DNA of 64,000 nucleotides from an uncultured virus (IMG/VR IMGVR_UViG_3300021963_006528) (Duplodnaviria > Heunggongvirae > Uroviricota > Caudoviricetes), in the IMG/VR virus record IMGVR_UViG_3300021963_006528. One strand, written 5' to 3'. The number at the start of each line of letters is the position of its first letter. Position 1 is the first letter of the stretch. Below, in pieces: positions 40,602 through 49,433 of this stretch. The notes beneath the pieces are model-generated. The model worked only from the letters and a program-made list of their open reading frames with translations. It was not told the origin of the DNA and did no database searches. A program made the translations under genes and the position numbers.

Positions 40602-41488
40602 ATAAAAATATTATTGAAGCTGGTCAACTTGGTGAAATGGTAGTGTTTTATTGGTCTATCATAGACTATTGCCAATGGAAATGTACTTATTGTTGCGCTA
40701 AAGGTATGATGGATGATAATTTATACCGCCAAGGATTATCGCATAGTGCGTATAAATTTGTACTTCATCGTTTAAAAAAATTGGATTTTAATTTTACAAT
40801 TGAAATTCTAGGTGGTGAACCTACATTACATCCAGAATTACCTTATGTTATAGATGAATTACAAAAAATAGAAAATTGTAAAGACATAAGTTTAATTACT
40901 AATTTTGCCAAAGGTTTGAATTATTATTTGCAATTTGATAAACCTAATATAGAAATTCATATAAGTTATCATGTTGAATATAGTAAAAATTTATTGAATA
41001 AAATAATCAAGTTAAATGAACAACTAAAACATGCAAGAGTACTCGTTGAAGTAATTTTATATCCTAAACAAAAATACTATCAACAGATGTTAGATTTTAT
41101 AAAAGGTATGGAAGATAACAACATAAATTTTTGTACTAATTTAACCAATAATAATGAATTTTGGGATGGAATTGTTGAAGATGGTTTTTATAAAACTTTT
41201 GACAAATATCTAACTAACATTGGCACCAAAATTAAACATGTTACGGATACTGGTGTTGAATATGTAACAGAAAATGACATACTTATAAACAATATTAGTT
41301 ATTATGGATATAAATGTCAACCATTAACTTATAAAATTGATGTTGCAGGTAATATTGCAAACCAATGTACCGATGAAAAAATTGGTTTAACCAGCAAAAC
41401 GGAAGACTACACAAAGTTTTTAATTTGTCCCAATAAAAAAAGATGTGCCTGTAGGCCAATGTTACATTATAAAAAATATAAATGTTAA
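40595..41488 (+). CDS. Radical SAM protein
   Basis: CQWKCTYC, GGEPTLHP, TNF, SYH; C-terminal C...C...CP...CAC. Confidence 0.9.
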   Translation: MLNKNIIEAGQLGEMVVFYWSIIDYCQWKCTYCCAKGMMDDNLYRQGLSHSAYKFVLHRLKKLDFNFTIEILGGEPTLHPELPYVIDELQKIENCKDISLITNFAKGLNYYLQFDKPNIEIHISYHVEYSKNLLNKIIKLNEQLKHARVLVEVILYPKQKYYQQMLDFIKGMEDNNINFCTNLTNNNEFWDGIVEDGFYKTFDKYLTNIGTKIKHVTDTGVEYVTENDILINNISYYGYKCQPLTYKIDVAGNIANQCTDEKIGLTSKTEDYTKFLICPNKKRCACRPMLHYKKYKC

Positions 41489-42393
41489 GTTTATCTAAAG
41501 TTATTGATATAGAATTAGAGCTTACAACATTATGTAATGCTCAATGCCAACTTTGTTATCGTAACTATACTTCTTTTACAGAACATTATCCTGAAAATAA
41601 AGTAAGGCCGCTACAAGAAGTTATTACACAACTAGAAACTTTTCCACATCTAGAATGGGTAAGACTTGTTGGTACAATAAGTGAGCCTACTTTATATAAA
41701 GATTTTTTTGGGTTAGTACAATACATTAAAGAACGTAATGTTAATATTGAAATATGCACAAATGGAGATACGCATAAACCAGATTGGTGGAAAGAATTAG
41801 CCACTTATATGAATTCTAATGATAAAGTGTATTTTAGTGTTTGCGGCAGCACACAAGAGTTGCATGAGGTGTATAGAACTAACACTAAGTTAAAACGAAT
41901 ACTTGATAATGCTCGTGCTTTTCGTGGTGCAAATAAAAATGACTATGCTCAATGTATTCGTTTTGATTATAATGATACTAATTTTGATAGTGATGCATTT
42001 AAAAATATGGTATCAGAATTTAGTAATGTATATTGGACAGAAACTTTTTTATTAAAAGATAGATCAAATTATGTAGATACAAGTCGATTAGACAAATTGC
42101 ATCCAAACTCCAAAAAAATAGCTGACTATGAATTTATGGATAAATTTGCAAGAGCTAAGTATGCTAGTCCTGTTAAAGGCAAAGCTTATTGTATGAGTTG
42201 GGAAAATAAAAGTCAACAAATTGATATTGATGGTAAAATATACCCTTGTTACTTATTTTTAGAAGCAAGTAAAGGTAAACCATGGGATGGAGATTATGAT
42301 AAAATTTTAAATATGCAATATGATGTATGTAAATATTGCGACAGAGCAGTTGTTGATTTATGTAATAAAAAAGATTTGAGATATATTATATGA
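41482..42393 (+). CDS. Radical SAM protein (paralog 3 of 3)
   Basis: CNAQCQLC, SEPTLY, CGSTQELHEVYR; C...GKIYPC...CKYC. Confidence 0.9.
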   Translation: MLSLSKVIDIELELTTLCNAQCQLCYRNYTSFTEHYPENKVRPLQEVITQLETFPHLEWVRLVGTISEPTLYKDFFGLVQYIKERNVNIEICTNGDTHKPDWWKELATYMNSNDKVYFSVCGSTQELHEVYRTNTKLKRILDNARAFRGANKNDYAQCIRFDYNDTNFDSDAFKNMVSEFSNVYWTETFLLKDRSNYVDTSRLDKLHPNSKKIADYEFMDKFARAKYASPVKGKAYCMSWENKSQQIDIDGKIYPCYLFLEASKGKPWDGDYDKILNMQYDVCKYCDRAVVDLCNKKDLRYII

Positions 42394-43349
42394 ATAATAA
42401 ATTGCCCATAGTTAAAAATTTAAATTTTAAAAATGATATTGTTTTGGTTGCAGGTGCAGGCGGTACAATTGGAAGTAACATTGTTAAACGCATAATAGCC
42501 AAACAAATTATTGCTATCGACATTAGTGAATATGCAATCTATAAATTGCAAAGAAATAATAATAATGGAAATATAAAATTTATTGTTGGTGATATTAGTG
42601 ATTTAAAATTTGTTAACATGATTTTTAACAAATATAAAATAGATTATGTTTTTAATGCAGCTGCTTATAAACATGTAGATAAGTTACAAGAAAATGATAA
42701 CACATATTCGGTAATTAAAAACAATATTTTATCCGTATTAAATTTATGCAAACACATTGATAAAATTAAAACACTAATACATATTAGTTCTGATAAGGCG
42801 GTTAATCCAATCAACAATATGGGATACACTAAATTATGGTGTGAAAGAATTGTACAACAATATAACAACTGCAAAATAGTTCGGTTTGGTAATGTTTATG
42901 GAAGTTCAGGTAGTTTTATTGAAACTTTAAAATGGCAATTAGAAAATAAACTACCTATTACAATTACCGATAAAAATATGAAAAGATATTTTATGACAGT
43001 AGATGATGCTGTTAGTTTGATACTAGATATTGGTGGTGTTGAATATACCAATGCAACTTATATATTAGATATGAGTAAAGAAATACCTATTGTTGACATT
43101 GTGAATGAATTGAATTATAATAATAGCCCAATAACATATATTGGAATTCGTTCTGGTGAAAAGCTTAATGAAGAATTAGTATGTGATTATGAAGTAATAG
43201 AAAACACAATTCATCCTATGATTAAACGAGTAGGTTGGAAATGTATTGATATGAAAAATAACATTAATATATTATTAAAAGAACTTGGAAAAAATGAAAT
43301 ATGTCTACCAACATTAAACAAAATTATAACAACAACAACGATTTTGTAG
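42390..43349 (+). CDS. UDP-GlcNAc 4,6-dehydratase (PglF/CapD/PseB-like, Polysacc_synt_2)
   Basis: GAGGTIG, AAAYKHV, SSDKAVNP..MG.TK, VRFGNV.GS.GS, MKRYFMT and GEKL.EEL motifs. Confidence 0.92.
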   Translation: MNNKLPIVKNLNFKNDIVLVAGAGGTIGSNIVKRIIAKQIIAIDISEYAIYKLQRNNNNGNIKFIVGDISDLKFVNMIFNKYKIDYVFNAAAYKHVDKLQENDNTYSVIKNNILSVLNLCKHIDKIKTLIHISSDKAVNPINNMGYTKLWCERIVQQYNNCKIVRFGNVYGSSGSFIETLKWQLENKLPITITDKNMKRYFMTVDDAVSLILDIGGVEYTNATYILDMSKEIPIVDIVNELNYNNSPITYIGIRSGEKLNEELVCDYEVIENTIHPMIKRVGWKCIDMKNNINILLKELGKNEICLPTLNKIITTTTIL

Positions 43350-43939
43350 AATTATTTGAACAACGATTATGTGAGTATACAGGCGCACCTTATGCCGTGG
43401 TTGTTGATCGTTGCACTAATGCCATTTTTCTTAGTTTGGAATATCAAGGTAAAAAGAAACAACGAATTACAATACCAATGCATACCTATCTTAGTGTGCC
43501 TATGACTTTAATCAACCATAATTACAATGTATGGTTTCAATTTAAGGAATGGGTTGGTCATTATCAATTAGGTAATACAAACATATATGACTATGCGGTG
43601 CAATTTGAAAAAAATATGTATATTTCTGGCCAAGTTCAATGTGTAAGCTTTCAACAAAAGAAAAGACTTGCAATAGGTAAGGGTGGCGCAATACTTTTAG
43701 ATAATGAAGAAATGTATAAAAAATTGAAACGTATGCGGCACGATGGAAGGAATAGTAGCATTCCGGTTATTCACGAAAAACCAGAAGATATTATAATGGG
43801 TTATCATATGTACATGAGTCCAGACGAAGCTGTAAAAGGACTATTGTTATTAAATCAGTTGACTAGTGATTATACTCTAGGAACATTTAAAGACTATCCT
43901 AACTTATCTTTAATACCTTGTTTGAAAGACTATGTATGA
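43301..43939 (+). CDS. DegT/DnrJ/StrS-family PLP sugar aminotransferase (short)
   Basis: FEQRLCEYTGAPYAVVVDRCTNA, DYA, SFQQKK..IGKGG, R.DGR. Confidence 0.88.
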   Translation: MSTNIKQNYNNNNDFVELFEQRLCEYTGAPYAVVVDRCTNAIFLSLEYQGKKKQRITIPMHTYLSVPMTLINHNYNVWFQFKEWVGHYQLGNTNIYDYAVQFEKNMYISGQVQCVSFQQKKRLAIGKGGAILLDNEEMYKKLKRMRHDGRNSSIPVIHEKPEDIIMGYHMYMSPDEAVKGLLLLNQLTSDYTLGTFKDYPNLSLIPCLKDYV

Positions 43940-44763
43940 AATACGCATTGATTACCGCTATTGAAGGTAATGGTAATAATTTAAACGAACAAAAAGGTAT
44001 AGTACAAACAAGAAGATTGTTCGAGAGTGAGGCCATACTTTGTTTTGAAAATTGGAGAAAAAATGGTGGATGGTTAAAAGACTGTTCAATCTATGCTTTC
44101 TGTCCAACAAAAAATGTTATATCAGAAAAAACAAAAAGTCGATTTAAAGAATTAAATGTAAATTACATTGAAGAATACCAACCTATTACAGAAACTTTTA
44201 TTAGTGGATTTTTAAATGTACCTTTAATTGGTAAATTATTAGAAGAAAGACTATCTGAAGATGTTCTAATTAAAATAGATTTAGATATGAATTTAATTAA
44301 ACCATTGCCACAAGATTTGGTCAATAGTGATATTTTAATTTGTGGGCAATATGATGACTATTGCACAGCTCAGCAACGAACTGTAACTGAAGGATGGTCA
44401 AATCCGTTCGATACAGGTTTTACTATTAGTAGAAAAAATAGTGGGTTCTACAAATTCTTTTTTGATGTATTGACCGATACCATGAATAATCACGATGAAG
44501 AATGGGAAAAAGTTCGTACAGTTTCAGGTAATTATTACCTAGAAGAATATGTTATGGATAAAATTTATAACAAAAAACTCTGGCCAGTAAAACCAATTCA
44601 AAAATACCAAATAGGTGAATGGTATACTCCAGTTAAAGAGTTTACTGATGACGAATTAAAGAATGTATATTTTTGGCACGAACATTTAATTAGTGATCCC
44701 GCTTATGATAAAATAAAACAAAAAGTTGAATACTTCAATAGAATGAAAAAAATAAATGATTAA
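43936..44763 (+). CDS. Putative GT-A glycosyltransferase (GT8-like)
   Basis: IKIDLDM DxD motif and FDTGF; start at the ATGA overlap (43936). Confidence 0.6.
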   Translation: MKYALITAIEGNGNNLNEQKGIVQTRRLFESEAILCFENWRKNGGWLKDCSIYAFCPTKNVISEKTKSRFKELNVNYIEEYQPITETFISGFLNVPLIGKLLEERLSEDVLIKIDLDMNLIKPLPQDLVNSDILICGQYDDYCTAQQRTVTEGWSNPFDTGFTISRKNSGFYKFFFDVLTDTMNNHDEEWEKVRTVSGNYYLEEYVMDKIYNKKLWPVKPIQKYQIGEWYTPVKEFTDDELKNVYFWHEHLISDPAYDKIKQKVEYFNRMKKIND

Positions 44764-45832
44764 TTCACATACCAGTTTTGGAAAATTAAAAGAGGTGGTT
44801 GTCGGTAGAGAATTGTCATTGACAAAAAGACTATCTGATATTACTTTTAAACAGTTCTATAAATCGGCAATTAATGAAAGTGTTTATGAAAGTCCTTTCG
44901 ATTCATATCATGTTAATATGGACTTAATTGATAAACGAAATGAACAACTGGACGATTTGGCTAAAACTTTAGAGAATAAAGGTATTATAGTTCATCGACC
45001 TGATCCTTTAAATAAAATTGTTCCTTTTACCACACCTAGTTTCAAATCTGAATTGAGTAGTGCCAGTAATGTAAGAGATGTTACTTGGGTGTATTGTAAC
45101 AAAATTATTGAAACACCAACATATGTAAGAAATCGGTATTATGAAAATACTTTATTATATAATGTTTATAATAAGGTGTGGGATAAAGGCCGAGGTGGCC
45201 AATGGATTAGATGCCCACAAACGGATTTATCAGAAGAAAAAATGGACTTAGAACATTGGGGTGATACAAGAGATTATTCTAATGTGCCGGCAAACTATAC
45301 CATGGCAATCGATGGCGCTCAATTTTTAAAAATAGGTAAAGATGTTATTGTCAATGTCAATAGTTACAATCAATACCTAGGTTACGAATGGGTTAAAAGT
45401 TTTTTTCCAGAAACCAATTTCCACATGATTAGTGTTGTGGACAATCACATAGATGGTTGTATCATTTCTTTGCGACCAGGAGTCTTTTTGGTCAATCCTA
45501 TCTATACTAATATTAGAGATGTAATGCCAGAAAGATTTAAAAACTGGACTTATTTGTACCCGAAAGACTTAACAGTAAATTTAGATGTTACGGGTATGAC
45601 AGATATAGACATTAGACTTGCCAGCTCAAGAGGCATGGATGTTAATATATTAAGTATAGATGAAAAAACAGTAGTTGTTAATAAACGGGCTTACGGAGTT
45701 AAAGACATTTTAAGTAAAAATGGATTTGATATTATCGAGGTTGAATTGGAAAATGGTGAGATATTTGCTGGCGGTATACATTGTTCCACTTTAGATTTGG
45801 TCCGAGAAGATGAATTTGTAACATATAAATAA
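44756..45832 (+). CDS. Amidinotransferase (glycine/inosamine-phosphate amidinotransferase family)
   Basis: LKEVVVG, VRD, R..E, DGA, HIDG, LRPG and GGIHCSTLDL catalytic motifs. Confidence 0.92.
   Translation: MINSHTSFGKLKEVVVGRELSLTKRLSDITFKQFYKSAINESVYESPFDSYHVNMDLIDKRNEQLDDLAKTLENKGIIVHRPDPLNKIVPFTTPSFKSELSSASNVRDVTWVYCNKIIETPTYVRNRYYENTLLYNVYNKVWDKGRGGQWIRCPQTDLSEEKMDLEHWGDTRDYSNVPANYTMAIDGAQFLKIGKDVIVNVNSYNQYLGYEWVKSFFPETNFHMISVVDNHIDGCIISLRPGVFLVNPIYTNIRDVMPERFKNWTYLYPKDLTVNLDVTGMTDIDIRLASSRGMDVNILSIDEKTVVVNKRAYGVKDILSKNGFDIIEVELENGEIFAGGIHCSTLDLVREDEFVTYK
45824..45831 (+). promoter_or_regulatory. T4-type late promoter inside the enzyme island
   Basis: Perfect TATAAATA, 27 nt before the ORF at 45859, which has an AGGA RBS. 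Confidence 0.65.
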
Positions 45833-45858
45833 TACACAATAAATTAGTTAGGAAAAAT

Positions 45859-46650
45859 ATGACAAATATACCAAGCGAATATAGAATACCTGGAGACGAA
45901 ACTCCATGGAGAAAAGCTGCCATACTTGCTTTTGAAGCTGAATTCGATACCTTTGTTGACGTTGATTTAAAATGGGGTATGCATCACATGTTTTTCAAAC
46001 ATGAAAATCATGCATATTATTATAAACCATTTTTGCAATTGGAAATTGATAATGATATTAAAGTCACTACAGAAGAAGGAGATTGTAGGCGTCCTTGGTT
46101 AACAGAAATTGAAAATTATTTGGGTTATGAAGTTCAAGCATTTACCAGACTTTTGCCTAATCCATCTTTAAGATGGATGAGAGAAACAATGGAAAAAAAT
46201 CCACCAGGTTTACCTAAATTTGTATTAGAAACTCCTAACTTTTTTAAATTAGAACTTGAATGTGATAATCCTGATAATATGAAACATATCAGTATCGATG
46301 ATTTGGATCGTCCAACTCTCGATAAAATTAAAAATTCTATTGGTGGTGATTATAATCCATTTTTAACTCCATATTTTGGTGAATCACTTTATGATTTTGA
46401 TGGTAGATATTACTGCATGGATCCTTTTGCATACTATTATAATCCTAGTCCTAAAGGACAAATTGGTATATTTTTGCATCCCGAATATGAATCTTCGAAA
46501 TATGAAAATACATTAAATAATTCATATTTTTTTACCTTTCAGAGAATTACACCAGAACAAAGACAATTTATTTTAAATTTAGGAAAAGTACATACTTCTC
46601 CACCACAATACTCAAATGATACTATCATAAAAGAATACTTTAAGTTATGA
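45859..46650 (+). CDS. Hypothetical protein
   Basis: 263-aa ORF with RBS; no recognisable motif. Confidence 0.7.
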   Translation: MTNIPSEYRIPGDETPWRKAAILAFEAEFDTFVDVDLKWGMHHMFFKHENHAYYYKPFLQLEIDNDIKVTTEEGDCRRPWLTEIENYLGYEVQAFTRLLPNPSLRWMRETMEKNPPGLPKFVLETPNFFKLELECDNPDNMKHISIDDLDRPTLDKIKNSIGGDYNPFLTPYFGESLYDFDGRYYCMDPFAYYYNPSPKGQIGIFLHPEYESSKYENTLNNSYFFTFQRITPEQRQFILNLGKVHTSPPQYSNDTIIKEYFKL

Positions 46651-47537
46651 AATATTTGTTATTAGGTGGTGCAGGATTTATAGGTCAAAATTTAGCTAAA
46701 AGACTAATCAAAACTGGTAATGAAGTTACCATTATTGATTCTTTGTTTACCTCACATAAACCCGATTTGAATTGTGAATTTGTATTGGGTGACATAACAA
46801 AAATTGATATTGAAAAATATATCAAAAAATGTCCAATAGTTTATTTTTTGGCCGGATCTGTAGGGGTGGATATGATTGTCAATCAACCTCAACGATGTTT
46901 AACTAACAATATTGATTTAATCACCACTCTTTTTCCACTCTTTAAAAAATATAAACCTAAAGTCATTTTTTCATCCACATCTGAAGTTTATGGTGATGGT
47001 CCTTTTAATGAATCAAGTAGTTTAACAATTGGGTCACCAGAAAATTTAAGATGGTCTTATGCTGCTTCAAAATTACTTACAGAATTTTTTATGACTTCAG
47101 GTAATTTTCCATATATCATAACAAGGTTTTTCAACATAGTAGGACCAGGTCAACTACCACATTTTGGTATGGTATTACCAAGATTTATTAAAGCTGCAAA
47201 AAATAATGAAGATTTAATTGTTTACGGAGATGGTTCACAGATTAGGTCTTTCTGTCATATAGACGATGCAATTAATATTTTATTGCAGGTGCAGGATTTG
47301 GAAGAACAAATATTTAATGTAGGTAACGATGAACCTATCACAATTAAAGAGTTGGCAGAAAAAGTTATTCAATTAAGTGGTAGTAAAAGTCAAATAAAAT
47401 TTGTGAATCCAAAAGAAATATATGCAAAAAATTATGCAGATATTAATAAACGAATACCTGACCTTACCAAATTAAAACAAACAATTATATATTCAAACAA
47501 ATATTCTATTGACGATATAATTAAATCTTTATTATGA
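46647..47537 (+). CDS. NAD-dependent epimerase/dehydratase (extended SDR)
   Basis: GGAGFIG, SSTSEVYG, YAASK, RFFNIVGP and GDGSQIRSFC motifs. Confidence 0.93.
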   Translation: MKYLLLGGAGFIGQNLAKRLIKTGNEVTIIDSLFTSHKPDLNCEFVLGDITKIDIEKYIKKCPIVYFLAGSVGVDMIVNQPQRCLTNNIDLITTLFPLFKKYKPKVIFSSTSEVYGDGPFNESSSLTIGSPENLRWSYAASKLLTEFFMTSGNFPYIITRFFNIVGPGQLPHFGMVLPRFIKAAKNNEDLIVYGDGSQIRSFCHIDDAINILLQVQDLEEQIFNVGNDEPITIKELAEKVIQLSGSKSQIKFVNPKEIYAKNYADINKRIPDLTKLKQTIIYSNKYSIDDIIKSLL

Positions 47538-48196
47538 AAATATTATTCATTGTTGCTCATCCTGATGATGAAGCTTACGGACCATTTGGAACTATTGCTA
47601 GAAAGGTTCAAGAAAATAACGAAGTTACGGTATTGTGCTTGTGTACAGGTAAAAGACCTAATGCAAACCAAGAAGTTTCAAAAAATAGAATTGAAACTTT
47701 TATTTTAAATTGTCATAATTTAAATGTTAAATATGAATTGTGGGATAATGATGATTTAAATTTAACTTTAAATGAAACTGCACACAAACTTACAAAATTT
47801 ATTGATTTGAATAAACCTGAAATAGTTTATACTCACAATATTTCTGATATAAATCACGATCATCAAATTGCAGCTGAAGCAACTTTAATTGCATGTAGAC
47901 CTAAGCCCGAATGTAGTGTAAATGAATTGTATTTTTTTGAAGTGCCATCAAGTACTGATTGGACTTTCTCACAAATACAACCACCATTTCAACCCAATAG
48001 TTATGTAGATATTGGTGATTATATTACTCTTAAGCAATTGGCGCTATCTAAATATACAACCGAAACTTATGATTATCCAGATGCAAGAAGTGTAGAGTCT
48101 ATGATTACTTTATCAAAGTACCGTGGTTATCAAGTAGGTTTTAATTATGCGGAAGCTTTTCAATTGGTGTTCTCTCGTTACCGTAAAAATCGGTAA
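47534..48196 (+). CDS. PIG-L/LmbE family N-acetyl-sugar deacetylase
   Basis: AHPDDE, THN.SD.N.DH and AEAF motifs. Confidence 0.92.
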   Translation: MKILFIVAHPDDEAYGPFGTIARKVQENNEVTVLCLCTGKRPNANQEVSKNRIETFILNCHNLNVKYELWDNDDLNLTLNETAHKLTKFIDLNKPEIVYTHNISDINHDHQIAAEATLIACRPKPECSVNELYFFEVPSSTDWTFSQIQPPFQPNSYVDIGDYITLKQLALSKYTTETYDYPDARSVESMITLSKYRGYQVGFNYAEAFQLVFSRYRKNR

Positions 48197-48701
48197 AACC
48201 ATATTTTTTAAGTAATGATTTATATAAACCATTATAGTCATTATTATAGGGAAAACAAAACTTGGTGGGTTTAAAATTTAGATTATTTTTGAACCATTCT
48301 ATCATAGATTTAGTATCATTTTCTATGTAAGTTATTTTTTCATATAGTGAAACAAAGTTGGTCAAATTTTTGTGATTATGAGAATGACCACCAATAGTAA
48401 CATTAGGTTTTGACATTAGTTCTTTAACTTGTTCTAAGGTCATATAATCTTCTTTGTTACCTAAAAAAGCCTTTTTGTGAGATTCGGAACAAGTTAAAAA
48501 ATTATTTGATTGATTACCATCACAAATAATGTTAGAAGATATGAAGAATATTTTTTCAGTATCTATTGACTCAAAGTGTTTAAAATGATAGTATTGACTA
48601 TAAAGACCATCGTCAAAAGTTAAGATGTAGTTTTCCAAAGGTAAGTTGAATAGTTTTTCAGTTACCTCATGGATCATTAGAACTTTTTTGTTGGTCATCA
48701 T
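48141..48701 (-). CDS. Polysaccharide deacetylase (NodB/CE4-like)
   Basis: LTFDDG, IGGHSHNH and FCFPYN motifs. Confidence 0.88.
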   Translation of the reverse strand: MMTNKKVLMIHEVTEKLFNLPLENYILTFDDGLYSQYYHFKHFESIDTEKIFFISSNIICDGNQSNNFLTCSESHKKAFLGNKEDYMTLEQVKELMSKPNVTIGGHSHNHKNLTNFVSLYEKITYIENDTKSMIEWFKNNLNFKPTKFCFPYNNDYNGLYKSLLKKYGFTDFYGNERTPIEKLPHN

Positions 48702-48722
48702 ATATCTATATTAGGAGAAAAA

Positions 48723-49043
48723 ATGATTGAAATTACTGAGGCCGCAGCCAAACAAATTAAAGAAATTATGTTAGATTCCGAACCCAATAAATTTTTAAGA
48801 ATTTATGTCGAGGGTGGTGGTTGTTCGGGTATGCGTTATGGTTTTGATTTGGAAGAATTTGCAAATGAAGATGATTTTTCTTTGGAAACAAAAGGTGTCA
48901 ATCTATTAATTGATGGTATGAGTATGTCATATCTAAATGGTGCCGAAGTTGACTATAAAGAAGATTTAATTGGTTCGTCTTTCAGTATAAACAATCCAAA
49001 TGCAGAAACAAGTTGTGGTTGCGGAAGTAGTTTTTCGGTATAA
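48723..49043 (+). CDS. erpA: A-type Fe-S cluster carrier (ErpA/IscA/HesB family)
   Basis: ITEAAA...LRIYVEGGGCSG..Y...YL.GAEVDY...NPNA.TSCGCGSSF; AGGAG RBS. Confidence 0.93.
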   Translation: MIEITEAAAKQIKEIMLDSEPNKFLRIYVEGGGCSGMRYGFDLEEFANEDDFSLETKGVNLLIDGMSMSYLNGAEVDYKEDLIGSSFSINNPNAETSCGCGSSFSV

Positions 49044-49060
49044 GCATAGCTGCCTTAATG

Positions 49061-49068
49061 ACTAAATA
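49061..49068 (+). promoter_or_regulatory. Possible T4-type late promoter for the fibre operon
   Basis: ACTAAATA in the intergenic gap. Confidence 0.5.
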
Positions 49069-49097
49069 GACGATAACAGGATTATAGGAGCGTCATT

Positions 49098-49430
49098 TTG
49101 GCAGATTTCGTAGAACTTACCTTAGAGCAAGGTGCAACATTCAACACAGTCATTAATGTAAACGATGGTACTGGCTCTCCTCAAAACCTGACTGGATACA
49201 CGGCTCGATCTATGATGCGCCGGTCCTACTACACCTCTTCCAAAAAAGATTTCACAGTTTCAGTATCTACACCAGCCTTGGGTGAAATTACCATGTCCAT
49301 GACTGCGGCCAATACGGCAAATTTAACTGCTGGTAGATATGTTTATGATGTGGAAATAGATGATGGTGCTGGTGAAGTCACAAGAATATTTGAAGGTATT
49401 ATTACAGTATTACCTAACGTAACGAGATAA
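49098..49430 (+). CDS. Small Ig-like virion protein (BppU-N-like)
   Basis: LEQGATF...NLTGYTARS.MR...GRYVYDVEI...RIFEG.ITV.P.VT; TTG start with AGGAG. Confidence 0.75.
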   Translation: MADFVELTLEQGATFNTVINVNDGTGSPQNLTGYTARSMMRRSYYTSSKKDFTVSVSTPALGEITMSMTAANTANLTAGRYVYDVEIDDGAGEVTRIFEGIITVLPNVTR

Positions 49431-49433
49431 AAA

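Noticed and set aside
30203..49043. Island as a DNA hypermodification or queuosine/7-deazaguanine cluster
   Set aside because: No recognisable QueC/QueD/FolE/DpdA, hydroxymethylase or nucleotide kinase, and it lies among late fibre genes. Disfavoured but not formally excluded.
49057..49097. AATGAC/GTCATT inverted repeat as a T4-style RBS-sequestering hairpin around a late promoter
   Set aside because: Only a 6-bp stem with a long loop; too weak to support without folding calculations.
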